From positions 1-64,000 of the IMG/VR virus record IMGVR_UViG_3300033153_015063: a stretch of 64,000 bases of DNA. The stretch is one strand, 5' to 3'. Position 1 is the first letter of the stretch. Every line of letters begins with the position of its first letter. The position numbers and the translations under genes are program-made. Positions 30,180 to 39,129 of this stretch are shown piece after piece. The notes below the pieces were generated by a model, which had not been told where the DNA came from, did not search any database, and saw only the letters and a list, made by a program, of their open reading frames with translations.

Positions 30180-30420
30180 TGGGGGGCAAAAGCCCCCCTT
30201 GATAGATTTCGACCGCCCCGCACTTTTCCCCTAACTCCGAAGAGATTGGTGACTTATGTACAGTTGGATAGCAGTACTCTGGGCCCAAACTGATGCACAG
30301 CCTGGGGGAACATACAACAGTCCCTGTTACCGGCGGTACGCAACCCCGGATTTCCGGTCTGGGAATCGAACCCAGCCTGGTTGGCCCAATTGACAACCAG
30401 TTCCAACATCCGAACATCTG
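30180..30420 (-). ncRNA. Putative tracrRNA
   Basis: TATA at 30443-30450; hairpin CCAGGCUG-UGCAU-CAGUUUGG whose loop pairs with repeat AUGCA; UCUAUCAA (30199-30206) pairs with repeat UUGAUAGA; terminal GGGGGGC-UUUU-GCCCCCC hairpin. Confidence 0.75.
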
Positions 30421-30452
30421 GTACTTGATAGCGAGGAATGTGTTTATAAACA

Positions 30453-30749
30453 TTACGTGTCAACTCTCTCAACCGATACCTTCATTTTATAACCCTCGCC
30501 AGCATCCTCACTGACCTTTGAACCATAGGCAAAGCACATCTCAAGGAGGTCTTCATCAGGCCAGCAGAGTATGAACTTCTCATCTACGTTCTCCCACCAG
30601 GCCCAGTATGTGTCATCTACATCATGGTTTTCGGTCAATCGGTATTTTCCAATCTCACCAGAAGAAACCATCTCAACCTGGTGTTTGTAAAGGTAGAAGT
30701 GTCGAGGGCCCTTCTCAGTCTCAAGAGCAAACATCTCACTACTTCTCAT
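30453..30749 (-). CDS. Hypothetical protein
   Basis: Operon member. Confidence 0.5.
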   Translation of the reverse strand: MRSSEMFALETEKGPRHFYLYKHQVEMVSSGEIGKYRLTENHDVDDTYWAWWENVDEKFILCWPDEDLLEMCFAYGSKVSEDAGEGYKMKVSVERVDT

Positions 30750-30811
30750 GTTGAACGCCTCTCCACACCATCGTTCTCTTTCTCGGTCATGTTTACATCA
30801 CCTCTGTTGCA

Positions 30812-31768
30812 TCATGGTGGGTTCTTCGCCGGTGTCAGGTAAGATTCGTAACCATTTTTCTTGAAACACCGTTTACATAAATCGAACCACTGAGAGGTGA
30901 ATGCACCGGTAAATACGTTCCTGGACCAGAAGTATTCACCAATGAGCCATCCGCTGACCCCTTCCCCAGATCCATGCTTCCCTGGAATGTGGAATTTACC
31001 AGAGTCACTTACAGACAACTCAATTGTTGGGTACTGATCGAGAATCTTTGTGATAGAATCCTCGTCAAGGGGCTTATGACTATATCTTTCTGACGAGTGA
31101 TATGCAAGGGTGTGCCGATGGAGTCCTTGGATGGTGTCGAAGAATTTCAAACACCTTGGCCCATTCTCACCTGGGTAGTAACAGTAGAATGGCCTACCTC
31201 CGCATTCATCAGCGATGCATTTCAGTCCATCGGGATACTCCGACATCAACTCATTGTACAGGTCTGGATGGGCATCCCTCAGGTCGTTGTGGAACTCCTC
31301 TCGGTGCTTCCGTTCCTTTTCTTCCTCATCATGGGCCAGCTTAGCTCTGTATTTGCTCCATGCATCATCCTTGAGTGGGTTGAGTACCCTATTGAGAAGA
31401 TCACACGTGAGGTCCATTACCTCCGTTTTAAGCCGGTCAATGAAGCTCCATGCAACGCCAAACTCCCCTTCGTCCATCAGATGGTGACACTTTGCCTGGC
31501 CGAGTGCGAAAGCTTCCATCGGACTGATTATCTTTTCTTTGTGAACCTCCACCAACACCAGTGACCTGTCAGCGTTACAATAAGGGCAGGAAAAACGGTC
31601 ATTCACGTTTTCCAAAAGTTCTTCACCTTCCACGTCCATGACATAGGTGTTCTCCCTCCAGAAGCCTTTTTTCTGGTGTTCCATCGAGACTTGGAACTTG
31701 TTGGAACAGGTAACACAGGAAAGGGACACAAACTCATCATCAGTCATTCTCGTCACCTTCATAATCAC
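30812..31768 (-). CDS. Hypothetical Zn-finger protein
   Basis: CxxC pairs and a C2H2-like segment. Confidence 0.55.
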   Translation of the reverse strand: MIMKVTRMTDDEFVSLSCVTCSNKFQVSMEHQKKGFWRENTYVMDVEGEELLENVNDRFSCPYCNADRSLVLVEVHKEKIISPMEAFALGQAKCHHLMDEGEFGVAWSFIDRLKTEVMDLTCDLLNRVLNPLKDDAWSKYRAKLAHDEEEKERKHREEFHNDLRDAHPDLYNELMSEYPDGLKCIADECGGRPFYCYYPGENGPRCLKFFDTIQGLHRHTLAYHSSERYSHKPLDEDSITKILDQYPTIELSVSDSGKFHIPGKHGSGEGVSGWLIGEYFWSRNVFTGAFTSQWFDLCKRCFKKNGYESYLTPAKNPP

Positions 31769-32022
31769 TCATAAGCTCAAGGTCTGCGATGATACGATTC
31801 ACCTGGGGCCCAGAGAACTCGACGGACATAGCATCGGCAAGCTGCTGGCCATCTAACTGCAGTTTTAGAGTATCTCTGTAGAAATCTGCCGAGAACTCAT
31901 AGATACAGGCAATACCGTATCCGATGAACTCGTTGAAGAGGTCCTGCCGACACTGAGATTCGTTACACCCATCTGTTTGAGTTGCCATCATACATCACCT
32001 GTTGCCTCTTACTAACAATCAG

Positions 32023-32064
32023 CCTTTATATACTTTCAGGCTTAGTAACCGTAAAAAGCGTAAA
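32023..32064 (-). promoter_or_regulatory. Operator-class promoter 6
   Basis: Part of a ~100-bp repeat shared with 49681-49783. Confidence 0.8.
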
Positions 32065-32136
32065 AGACCCTTTCACTCTCCGTGCAGTCGGTCTAGCTTG
32101 AATCGACGGTCCACTCTGGACATTTTCGTTGCCCAT

Positions 32137-32925
32137 CTAAAATTCCAGTACGTCATAGTTATTGAAGAACCTCTCAAAGTCAGGATTCACCTCATACCCG
32201 ATAGACCTACGGCCCATCCGTCGTGCAACTCTGGTTGTTGTGCCAGTCCCGAGAAAAGGGTCCATCACTACCTCGGTAAGATAGGAAAAGCCCCTGATGA
32301 TACGTATTGGGATCTCCTTTGGAAAAGGGGCAGGATGGTCACGGTTTCCACTTGGAGCTGGCTTTATCTTCCAGACCGAGCTCTTCTTTATCTCCACCCA
32401 CTGGTCCTTACTGAGCTTCGAGGCTTCCTTTATCTCGCCAGAGAGATGAGATAGGTCACGCTTCCCAGATTTCTCAAATTCAAGGATAAATTCATGCATG
32501 AAATTGATTGGAAGGGCCCCTGGATAGGGGTAAGATCCGATAGGAGACTGAACAGAATTGGCCTTCTCCCAGATGATCTCTCGCTTGAACGCAAACCCCA
32601 ACCCCACACAATCGTCGATGGTCCAGCCGACCAGATTGATGGAGTGGAACAATTGCTTATCAGAGGCCGGGACAGGCAGGTTCATCAGATTGACAAACAT
32701 CTTACGCCCAGGGGCAAGTACACGGAGGCACTCTTTCCATACGTCTCTCATTTTGAGACGCCATGAATCTGGATTGGTCGTGTTACCGAGGTCGTCTGGT
32801 AGATTTGAGTATTTCTTTGCGTTGTAGTATGGCGGGCTGGTCACCACGAGATGAACAGAACAATCATCCACCTCGGACATATCCCTCGAATCTCTGACGT
32901 GATAGATAGGCTCAAAAAACTCCAT
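32137..32925 (-). CDS. N4/N6 DNA methyltransferase (beta class)
   Basis: TSPPY, HPAPFP, DPFLGTGTT. Confidence 0.9.
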   Translation of the reverse strand: MEFFEPIYHVRDSRDMSEVDDCSVHLVVTSPPYYNAKKYSNLPDDLGNTTNPDSWRLKMRDVWKECLRVLAPGRKMFVNLMNLPVPASDKQLFHSINLVGWTIDDCVGLGFAFKREIIWEKANSVQSPIGSYPYPGALPINFMHEFILEFEKSGKRDLSHLSGEIKEASKLSKDQWVEIKKSSVWKIKPAPSGNRDHPAPFPKEIPIRIIRGFSYLTEVVMDPFLGTGTTTRVARRMGRRSIGYEVNPDFERFFNNYDVLEF

Positions 32926-33289
32926 CTGTCTCACTGTGATAATCACATTCCCGTGAACAATATTCATCATCGTCGTAACAGAGTTTGTTGCATCCATTCC
33001 CCTGACATCTACCAGTAGGTTCGAAATCTTCTTCTTCTGTATCTATGTAGTCGATGATTGGGCATAACCACTGGTTGGCAGTTGGGTCAACTATCTCGCC
33101 ATCTGGAGTAGTAAGCCACCAATGATCTTCCAGTAGTTTTGGTCGGGCGGCTAGGGTAACAAAACCACTACAGAGTCTGAGTTCAGGAAAGATATCGTTC
33201 ATCTCTATACAGAGTTCTTTACACCTGTTAATCTTTTTTTCAAGTGTCGTTTTCTCAATCCACTCTTCGTAGATAGGTGACAAACTCAT
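32912..33289 (-). CDS. Hypothetical protein
   Basis: C...HWW...DPT pattern; upstream promoter box. Confidence 0.5.
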   Translation of the reverse strand: MSLSPIYEEWIEKTTLEKKINRCKELCIEMNDIFPELRLCSGFVTLAARPKLLEDHWWLTTPDGEIVDPTANQWLCPIIDYIDTEEEDFEPTGRCQGNGCNKLCYDDDEYCSRECDYHSETDGVF

Positions 33290-33327
33290 GTATATCAAAC
33301 AGCGGAGTGTGTTTAAAAAGAACGTGG

Positions 33328-33615
33328 TCAAAAATTCAACACCTCACCTCTTTTCTCTATCAATTCCACCAGAACGTCACCATGACACGGTTTTGGTTTA
33401 CACCAACACCCAAGCACCTTCCCTTCCAACTCACCAATACGAGATAAAAGTTCTGGTTTGTTATTGATATATCTACGATACATCTCGACAACCTCGGCCC
33501 TACTTCCATCCTTTCCAACTATGAAGGGATTTCCCCAGACACTCGGTCTTCCGATATAGATATCCCACTCTTCATCAAAAATATGTACCACTCTGGTTGT
33601 CATTTTGGTTCCCAT
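33328..33615 (-). CDS. DUF4326-family protein
   Basis: YIGRPSVWGNPF, LGCWCKPKPCHGDVL. Confidence 0.85.
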   Translation of the reverse strand: MGTKMTTRVVHIFDEEWDIYIGRPSVWGNPFIVGKDGSRAEVVEMYRRYINNKPELLSRIGELEGKVLGCWCKPKPCHGDVLVELIEKRGEVLNF

Positions 33616-33871
33616 CCTAACAGTTCAGCGAAAGTCTTGATAAGTTTATAGTCGTCTTCGTTTATCTCCATCCAGTACACCCAGAAGGATTCATGGTCGT
33701 ACAAATACATTCTATCGTCATCGGCACACACTTCCAGGTCAGCCAGTCCTTTATCTTTATCGGGGTCTCGAACAATTATCATTTTATCAATATGTTTCGT
33801 TTCCACCATTTTTTCACCTTCAAAAGTCCATGATTGTGCATCCTTCTGATACATCCACTCTAACCGTAGCA

Positions 33872-34207
33872 TTACTTATTACTACCACTATTCAGACCGC
33901 CATTTTTAATATATATCATTGTATCGAATAGCCTGAAACCTATATCCTTGAAGAATAATGCCTGCCGAAAACTTGTTCCTGTTTCGCTACCATCTACAGT
34001 GGCGTCACCCACGACCCAGACAACCACGCCGCCCTTTTTTGTTACTCGAAACAGTTCTTCTGCTACGTTCTTAAAGTCGAAGTTGTAGCCATCATACTCT
34101 CTGAGGTCATCGTATGGTGGACTTGTCACGGTCAGATCCACAAAGTTATCTGGCATACCCGCCATTGTAATCAAGCAGTCTTCATTGTATATCATATTCA
34201 TTTCCAT
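33872..34207 (-). pseudogene. Truncated DNA methyltransferase (N-half only)
   Basis: IYNEDC, TSPPY, stops after DTMIYIK; no motif I follows. Confidence 0.7.
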
Positions 34208-34691
34208 CTTCTTTCTCCAGATTTTCCAGTAGCTTTTCTGCATCCTTCTTCAATCGGTCCAATTCCTCCAGAACCTCATCACGTAGTGAACCATCATTGT
34301 TACGGACCTTTCCACCACGCCTCAGACAAGCCCAGTTACGTCGGAGGTCCTCTCTCTTTGACCAGACCCGCCATCTCAACGCTTTGTACCCTTCCCAAAA
34401 CATAGTGGCGTTCGACGGCCTGTAGTTGTTGTTCATTTTGGGCGGCCTATAGTAGAACTCTTCAAGGTCATAGATGTTTGAGTAGTAGAGAAGCGTCTGA
34501 ACGGAATGGGGGACCTTCATGGCCGTATGGTACTCCCATCCATTTGCTTCCATCAGATACTTGGTCTCTGATGCACAACAGAATCCTGTGGTCATCAGCT
34601 CGTAGACCAACAACCGTGCTGCGGCCTCGTTGGCACCAATGTTGTTCCGCCTGCCGCCCCCTGTTCCCTTTTGCTGTCCTGAAGTCAACAT
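34182..34691 (-). CDS. Hypothetical protein
   Basis: TATA about 30 nt upstream. Confidence 0.5.
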   Translation of the reverse strand: MLTSGQQKGTGGGRRNNIGANEAAARLLVYELMTTGFCCASETKYLMEANGWEYHTAMKVPHSVQTLLYYSNIYDLEEFYYRPPKMNNNYRPSNATMFWEGYKALRWRVWSKREDLRRNWACLRRGGKVRNNDGSLRDEVLEELDRLKKDAEKLLENLEKEDGNEYDIQ

Positions 34692-34757
34692 GTATCTACA
34701 TACCTCCGATTGTATTTAAATATATTTCCTTGCCTTGATAAAACCTTGATACTTCTC

Positions 34758-34810
34758 AGCTCCTGTGGAAACACGGCATGATGGGCCTGCTTGAAGGGTT
34801 TAGTATTCTG
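34758..34810 (-). repeat. Orphan ~52-bp copy of methyltransferase segment (37302-37354)
   Basis: Encodes QNTKPFKQAHHAVFPQEL; one mismatch to source. Confidence 0.8.
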
Positions 34811-34827
34811 AAGGATAGGCCTCGTCA

Positions 34828-35550
34828 TCATCGAGTCTTGTCTGAGTTAGCAGATTGAAAAAGTAACTCATCAAAACACTCATCTTCAAATTCAAATCTC
34901 AGTTGTGCTTCTTTCTCCTGTATGTCCATAACCCTACCATGCTTTTCTTTCACAAGTTTTTTTCCACAAGTTGGGCAAAAAAACATTTTATATTCATCAC
35001 CAAGATAGTTGGTATATTTGGTCTTTACATCCTCAAAAACAAGAACGCAGTCTCTACAGAATAATACAATTTCGTTTTTGATATCCTCAGTTTGGCACTC
35101 GCTGCAGAGAAGATTCTCGTTGACATCACAGTATTTACAATAAGTATCGTAGCCACCGCCACACCCACCACATCTTGGGCATATTGGTGGTGGGATTAGT
35201 TTTTCAGCACATATATCACAGGTATCTTCATCACACTCGCTGCAGAGAAATAAATGTGGGTTATGTGCATCAATACTGCAAATTTTACAAAAATCCTCTA
35301 TTTTGATTTTGCGGTTACATCTTCTACAGGTTGTGGTTAGTGTAATCAATATCTCTTCACAATGAAAGGAACAACTCTCGATATTCTTATTGTAGCGTAA
35401 CGAAGGTTTTTGATTATCGGTTTCCGGTTCCGGGTAGTATCTTCGAGCTGTTCTGATATTTCCACATTGAACATCTTGTGTACCATCATCCTTCATCGGG
35501 ACTTTTTCAGCCGGTGCTTGTGTATGGTTGGGGTCCGGTACGATAGCCAT
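34828..35550 (-). CDS. Cys-rich multi-Zn-finger protein
   Basis: Many CxxC; internal LCSEC duplication. Confidence 0.6.
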   Translation of the reverse strand: MAIVPDPNHTQAPAEKVPMKDDGTQDVQCGNIRTARRYYPEPETDNQKPSLRYNKNIESCSFHCEEILITLTTTCRRCNRKIKIEDFCKICSIDAHNPHLFLCSECDEDTCDICAEKLIPPPICPRCGGCGGGYDTYCKYCDVNENLLCSECQTEDIKNEIVLFCRDCVLVFEDVKTKYTNYLGDEYKMFFCPTCGKKLVKEKHGRVMDIQEKEAQLRFEFEDECFDELLFQSANSDKTR

Positions 35551-35815
35551 GAAGGTAGAAGGGCCGCCTGTCTTTATAAAGAGTTTGAGCTCAGTCCCAT
35601 GTTGCCATCAGTTCACTTTCTACCTCTACCCATTCGACAGAATCCTGGGTCACCTACGTTTGCCAACAAGGGGCTCCATCACCTCTCCGATTTCAATGGC
35701 ACTCCTTCCCTTTTCCTTATGTTCCCTCTTCAACCATTCCTTGTTTTTGTATAGGTATTTATTCTTACTCATAGCTAACCTCCAATTTGCTATTTTTTTC
35801 ACTCATCTCATCATC

Positions 35816-37084
35816 TCAGAAATCCATCACATCGCTTTTTACCATGATACTACCATCTTCGTCTATAGGAACCATTTCGCCTATCCTTTTCATAGCAATG
35901 TCATAGTAACGTTTTTCCCTCTCAAAACCAATATAATCCCTACCACATCTGGCTGCTGCGATAGCTGTAGTGCCCGACCCCATGAATGGGTCCAGGATGA
36001 TACCTCCACTTGGAGTTGCTGTGAGTCTGCAAAGATATTCTATCAACTCCAATGGTTTTACAGTTTCATGGTCGTTGTACTCACATCGTTCTGACCTCGA
36101 TGCTTTAGCACAGTAAAAAAATCTTGAAGGTCGGTCATCATTACCAACCTCATTGTCCAATAAATTACCTACATCCTCATCCAATATGAGATTGGCCGGA
36201 TAACGCCCTTTTGGATTATGGCGTTCCTCACCTAGATTTCGTGGTGGGGTCTTACCTTTACCCCATATCCCAGCACCAGGGACACTGGTCCTCCGTTCGC
36301 TATCTAGAACCTTACTCTCTATCCTCGCACCGTCGATGTTCAATCCGGCCACACCCCATTTCAAAGCATTCTCAACAAAGGTTCCATCGAGAGGTTTCAT
36401 AGCAACGAGGATGGTTTCCCATGCTGGTTTGAGTGAACTCCTCCAACCATCCCATATCTTTGCCTCCTCAGTCGCTGGAGTGGTAATATTGATCTCTCGT
36501 CTGCCAGCTTTCCAACCACCAGGAGCTTCATAGCCGCCATCCTTCTGGTTGATAAATATCCTTGCTCGCTTTTCATCGACACCAACGACCTCCCTCTCGG
36601 CTCCGGCGGCCTTGTCAATTCCCTTCGAGATATCGGTTCCCTTACCCCAACCCGACCCATACAACCACATCATTGTATCTCTAATTATCCATCCAGCATC
36701 CTCGATGGCACAGGCCAACCGATGCCAAGTTCTGGTACCAGAAAAAGCGAGAAAGAAAGCTCCTGGTTTTGCTACTCTTAAAGCCTCTACGGACCACTTA
36801 TAGTGCCACTCGTAAAGTTTTTGCATTTGTTTAATATGATTATGAGAACCGCCAAATTTTGGTGATGGTAAGTGCCTCGGCCATTTAATTCGCCTTTCTC
36901 CTATACCTGGTTTTTGAAATGGCTGAACGTCGCCTTCTTTCCAAGGCGAGTCCCACTCTGACATAAACGATAATCCATAAGGTGGATCTGTGATGATGGT
37001 ATCAATGCAATTATCAGGAAGATGCACAGGCATACCAACCAGGCAATCCTCGTTGTAGATGATGTCGGTTTCAATCTCGTCCAT
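35816..37084 (-). CDS. N4/N6 DNA methyltransferase (intact paralogue of split gene)
   Basis: TDPPY, GRYPAN, HETVKP, DPFMGSGTT. Confidence 0.9.
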   Translation of the reverse strand: MDEIETDIIYNEDCLVGMPVHLPDNCIDTIITDPPYGLSFMSEWDSPWKEGDVQPFQKPGIGERRIKWPRHLPSPKFGGSHNHIKQMQKLYEWHYKWSVEALRVAKPGAFFLAFSGTRTWHRLACAIEDAGWIIRDTMMWLYGSGWGKGTDISKGIDKAAGAEREVVGVDEKRARIFINQKDGGYEAPGGWKAGRREINITTPATEEAKIWDGWRSSLKPAWETILVAMKPLDGTFVENALKWGVAGLNIDGARIESKVLDSERRTSVPGAGIWGKGKTPPRNLGEERHNPKGRYPANLILDEDVGNLLDNEVGNDDRPSRFFYCAKASRSERCEYNDHETVKPLELIEYLCRLTATPSGGIILDPFMGSGTTAIAAARCGRDYIGFEREKRYYDIAMKRIGEMVPIDEDGSIMVKSDVMDF

Positions 37085-37096
37085 CTCGTTTCACCC

Positions 37097-38326
37097 TCAG
37101 AAATCCATCACGCTACTATCTCTCAACAAACCTTCGGTCTCGGCCCTGTCTATAGCCATCCTCACGTACTTCTCTGAAGTATCGCACCCCAACCAATCCC
37201 TACCCTCCTGGGTAGATACAACGGCTGTGGTCCCACTTCCCATGAAAGGGTCGAGAACGACACCGTCCGATGGGCAACATGCCTTGATGATTGGCCTGAT
37301 GAGCTCCTGTGGAAACACGGCATGATGGGCCTGCTTGAAGGGTTTGGTATTCTGTAAGATTGATACCACCCCATTCTCATCGTCCAATGCCCCATACTTC
37401 CCCATGTCATATCTGGCAGTAGATAACTCGTGTAGTAGTGTCTCCAGATTCTCTATGATGACGTCAATGGAATCTGAGTACCAGTCAATGGTTCTACGGT
37501 AGTGCCCCTGTTCTCTGATTGCTTCCCGATCATAGTAGTAGGATTCCTGCTTCGTGAGTACAAGGAAATATTCGTGTGCGATAGTAGGGCGATCCTTGGC
37601 GGATTCTGGCCGGATATTCCATTTCAACCATGGTACGACGGCCCGCCAATACCACCCAGCAGCCTGGAGAGACATTGCCAGACGCCAGGGGATACCAACC
37701 AAATCCTTCGGTTTTACACCCTCTGGGACCCTCACGGACATCCAGTTACCAACGTCCCCTACCTTCCCATCGACCTGTCCCCATGTCCTGTTTGCAGCGT
37801 ATGTATCACCGATATTCAGCCACAGAGACCCGGTGTCTTTGAGTACCCGCCAGTATTTCCCGAACACTGACGTCAGGTTGGAAACGTAGATGTTGGGTTC
37901 TGGTTCCAGACCAAGATGCCCCTTCCAAGCATCACACCATTTACAGTAGTATGACGTATATCCCTCGCCTCTGATGACACTCTCGCTCATCACCCGGTTC
38001 GCACCTACAGAAGAAGGTCGGTCAGGGTGGTTTTTACCACCCCTCGCAGGTGTAAAATGTTCCATCCACTCATGGGTACATTCATAGGGTTCCAAATCGT
38101 AACATTCTTTGTTCTGGGGATGGTAACAAAGTAACTCTTCACCATCACTGACCTGTTTACATTGCGGGCATCTCCGAAACCTTTTCCCACCCCACACCTC
38201 GGCTTTACCTAGATACTCTCTCAACATCCAGAATGGTGGTGATGTGACTATCAGGTCTACTATCCCATCTGGTAGAGTGTCGGCATACTCCATCGTATTC
38301 GATAAAGCGACTGTGTTGAGTGCCAC
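37097..38326 (-). CDS. N4/N6 DNA methyltransferase with Cys-rich insert
   Basis: TSPPF, HHAVFP, DPFMGSGTT; GTG start 30 nt after TTTATAAA. Confidence 0.88.
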   Translation of the reverse strand: MALNTVALSNTMEYADTLPDGIVDLIVTSPPFWMLREYLGKAEVWGGKRFRRCPQCKQVSDGEELLCYHPQNKECYDLEPYECTHEWMEHFTPARGGKNHPDRPSSVGANRVMSESVIRGEGYTSYYCKWCDAWKGHLGLEPEPNIYVSNLTSVFGKYWRVLKDTGSLWLNIGDTYAANRTWGQVDGKVGDVGNWMSVRVPEGVKPKDLVGIPWRLAMSLQAAGWYWRAVVPWLKWNIRPESAKDRPTIAHEYFLVLTKQESYYYDREAIREQGHYRRTIDWYSDSIDVIIENLETLLHELSTARYDMGKYGALDDENGVVSILQNTKPFKQAHHAVFPQELIRPIIKACCPSDGVVLDPFMGSGTTAVVSTQEGRDWLGCDTSEKYVRMAIDRAETEGLLRDSSVMDF

Positions 38327-38396
38327 TATCGAGAAATGGCCGCCCGTCTTTATAAAGAGTTTGAAAGCGTTCTGGAACTCCTTCATTTCCAGAACT

Positions 38397-38568
38397 CATT
38401 TTTCTATCAATCATAATTCTCAGTGAAACTGGCACAACGTCAATACTACCGTTCTACAACGACATTTGTTGCATTTTTCTATCAATTATAATCCTCAGTG
38501 AAACAAGGTGGGGTGGGCAAGACACTAAACCATCTATCTGTTTATGCTTTATGCCAGTTGCATTTTCT
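38397..38568 (-). CRISPR. Satellite CRISPR array C: 2 repeats plus a remnant
   Basis: Repeats at 38397-38429 and 38468-38504, 38-bp spacer; GTTGCATTTTCT remnant at 38557. Confidence 0.8.
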
Positions 38569-38589
38569 GGGTGTGAACATGTTATTAAT

Positions 38590-39129
38590 TTACTCCCACG
38601 TTGCCTCCAGCTCACTCTTTATATCATCCCACTCAGCCATGTCATGGGTACTGTGGGATTGCCAACACCTCGACCCATCTTCTCCAATGTCGACGAGTAA
38701 TCCTTTGTTCTCCAGTAACGTGGAAATAGTACTGACACGTTCCATGCTAATACCGATATTTTCCCCTATTGTATCTTCATAGGCGGCGTAGGATTTGAAC
38801 ACGAACATAAGCACCTTCAACTCATCTGAATGCTCTTGTTCCTCTATCTCATACCTTACACGTGTAAAGGCTTCACTTCTCATTTTTGTTATTTTATCTC
38901 CATCTCTCAGGAAGTAAATCCTCGTCGTTCTTTTTCCCACTATCGGGTCCTTGACAGCATACACCTCTCTGTCAGTTTGTCTATTGTTCTCTGACAACAT
39001 TTTATTATCATGCTGAAGACAGCATTTAACGGCACCTTGCATTGTATTGTGGACCTTTTTGCACCAACCATCACGTTTACCGAGACAGACAAATCCAGAT
39101 TTCCTTCCTCTCTTACCCATATCACTCAC
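38590..39129 (-). CDS. Hypothetical protein
   Basis: Operon member. Confidence 0.55.
   Translation of the reverse strand: MSDMGKRGRKSGFVCLGKRDGWCKKVHNTMQGAVKCCLQHDNKMLSENNRQTDREVYAVKDPIVGKRTTRIYFLRDGDKITKMRSEAFTRVRYEIEEQEHSDELKVLMFVFKSYAAYEDTIGENIGISMERVSTISTLLENKGLLVDIGEDGSRCWQSHSTHDMAEWDDIKSELEATWE

Noticed and set aside
30167-30223. Longer 592-aa start for the cas gene
   Set aside because: The extension overlaps the anti-repeat and terminal hairpin; MKSIRTIQV at 30166 fits the family N-terminus.
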